A stretch of 64,000 bases of DNA from positions 1,426,001-1,490,000 of the forward strand of contig JBLDXI010000007.1 in the NCBI GenBank assembly GCA_047495785.1, read 5' to 3'. Origin of the DNA: Lepidodermella squamata. Lineage: Eukaryota; Animalia; Gastrotricha. This document shows, in pieces, positions 62,466 to 64,000 of the stretch. A model generated the notes under the pieces. That model searched no databases, was not told the origin of the DNA, and saw only the letters and a program-made list of their open reading frames with translations. Made by a program: the position numbers and the translations under genes. The stretch's first letter is position 1. The number at the start of each line of letters is the position of its first letter.

Positions 62466-62885
62466 TGACCCTGCTCGTACATATATATGTACGAGATTTT
62501 TGCTAGTCGTACATATATTTCAAAAACATTTCTGCTGAACTTTGAAATTATATGGATTTATCAATTTTCATCGCAAATGTTCCAAATTTTAACCATATGT
62601 ACATTGAGGCGTGACCAACCTTACCTCAAAGTTTGGTATGCATAGGGTGAATACCCATTATTAGCCACCCTGAAACCCGAAATTACCCGAAGTCGGTAAT
62701 GTCAGGAACCATAACCGATGGACGGATAAAAATTTGCAGGTGTGTGGAACCCTGTTAGAGGCATTTGCCCTCAAAAAATAAACTTCCCAGGATCGACATT
62801 GAGTGATTGGCTAAAATTCTAAGTTTTCATTCGAATATATGTACGAGCAGCAAAAATCGCGTACATATATATGTACGAGCAGTCA
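62466..62885. mobile_element. MITE-like element with about 50-bp TIRs containing gtacatatatatgtac palindromes
   Basis: ctgctcgtacatatatatgtacgagatttttgct is mirrored by agcaaaaatcgcgtacatatatatgtacgagcag. TSD unclear. Confidence 0.75.
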
Positions 62886-63906
62886 TTCCGTAAAACTAAT
62901 CAAGGGCTAAGCGAGGAGAAAAGAATAGGGATTCAAAATCAATTGATCTTGATTTTGCATGCTCATAAGTGTGAAAAACGAGATGCTAGCAAAGTCGATA
63001 GCAAAGTCGATAGCAGCAAGTGTTGCTGGTACTGCAACAAACCCGACTTTACCGAACTGCAGAGTCGCTTATTGTCAACGAATGAAAGAAGTGATAAGCC
63101 ACTTGAGAGGTTGCAGGCATGATAAATCTTGCACATGTGAGTTTAAATTATGGAATTAATTTCGGATGCTAAGATTTTAGATTCGATTTTAGACAAACGC
63201 TGCTTGTCTACGCGGCAAATAGGTATACATTGGCAGTCGTGCAAGGACGAGGAGTGTCCTGTATGTAAGGAAGTTCGGATGCTGAGTCACTTGTCGAAGC
63301 CTGTTTTCGACTCGAAAGTTTTGCGGAAAACAACGAGTGATAATATCCCGGGAGGCTCTGGCACCGTTATTCCCATTCAAGCTAATGCATCAACATGGCA
63401 GAAAGAATTCGGAACTGAAGCTAAGGCAGGCTGCTATCGATAAATTTATGCAAGAATTAAGGGTGAGGAGCGGTGGTTACAGTGACCTCGCGGCTTTGCG
63501 CAAGTTTGCCGTTCAAACCGAAGCTGAAATTTTCACCCGATCTGATAAATCCGAGCGGTACTTCTTTTTATTGGCCGAGAAGCTTTACACTGCTTCGAAG
63601 GAACTCTTGCATACTGGAGGGAATGGTAAAGTGTTGGTGCAATTTTTCTAATTTCTATCTGTTTTTCTTCCTTAAAGACGAAACTATGAATGGGGAGACT
63701 TCTCAATGCCCGATTTGTTACTTGGACATCGTAAAACTCGGTTGCAGTTCGAGACGCTTGATTTGTGGACATGGTAACTTCAAATTCAAATGTCTTCACC
63801 TCATCCTTATATCGATGTTTTTCTAGCTTATCATATGGCCTGCATTAACCGCTGGCTGAGAGAGAATGACAGTTGCCCAACTTGCAGAGCTATTGTACAG
63901 AAGTAA
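62886..63906 (+). pseudogene. TAZ zinc finger - KIX - RING-H2 gene (CBP/p300-derived domains fused to an E3-ligase RING) with two apparent frameshifts
   Basis: TAZ: EKRIGIQNQLILILHAHKC...CRVAYCQRMKEVISHLRGC...CLSTRQIGIHWQSCKDEECPVC. KIX: LRQAAIDKF...TEAEIF...YFFLLAEKLYTASKEL. RING-H2: CPIC...CGH|AYHMACINRWL...CPTCR. Frame changes occur near 63010 and 63420. Confidence 0.8.
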
Positions 63907-64000
63907 ACATGTAGTTTCAAGAACTTCAAGTAATGGAGTGATGAGTGCTTGAAACCTCTAACTTCGAGCGATAAATTGAAACATTACAATTCTATTATTA

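Noticed and set aside
62960-63430. Programmed +1 ribosomal frameshifting or micro-introns explaining the two TAZ/KIX frame changes
   Set aside because: No shared slippery or stop motif and no GT-AG segment of suitable length and phase; decay or sequencing error is simpler.

Overview
This is eukaryotic invertebrate-animal DNA with a compact gene layout: GT-AG introns mostly 45-60 nt, occasional GC-AG donors, a spliceosomal U1 snRNA and eukaryotic tRNAs. The phylum cannot be fixed from this window. The region is dense in lineage-expanded sensory, defence and detoxification-type genes. It holds six complete Cys-loop pentameric ligand-gated ion channel (pLGIC) genes plus an orphan inverted last exon, three tandem divergent nuclear receptors, a chitin-binding/LamG protein, a CAP/SCP protein, a clan-3 cytochrome P450 and two membrane-anchored bacterial-like SAM methyltransferases. 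It also holds a RING-B-box-coiled-coil-ankyrin gene interrupted by a DNA transposon, a TIR-NB-ARC-ankyrin receptor with near-identical 306-bp internal repeats, and a frameshifted TAZ-KIX-RING-H2 gene. Several non-autonomous DNA transposons have clear TIRs and target-site duplications. The strongest candidate for an undescribed system is a duplicated ~1020-aa pLGIC subunit. Its exons splice in frame into signal peptide, two L-type (legume/ERGIC-53-like) lectin-fold domains, a Ser/Thr stalk and a single-exon Cys-loop channel, and a lectin-less paralogue sits next to it. All gene models and domain calls were made by eye from motifs; no database search was run.
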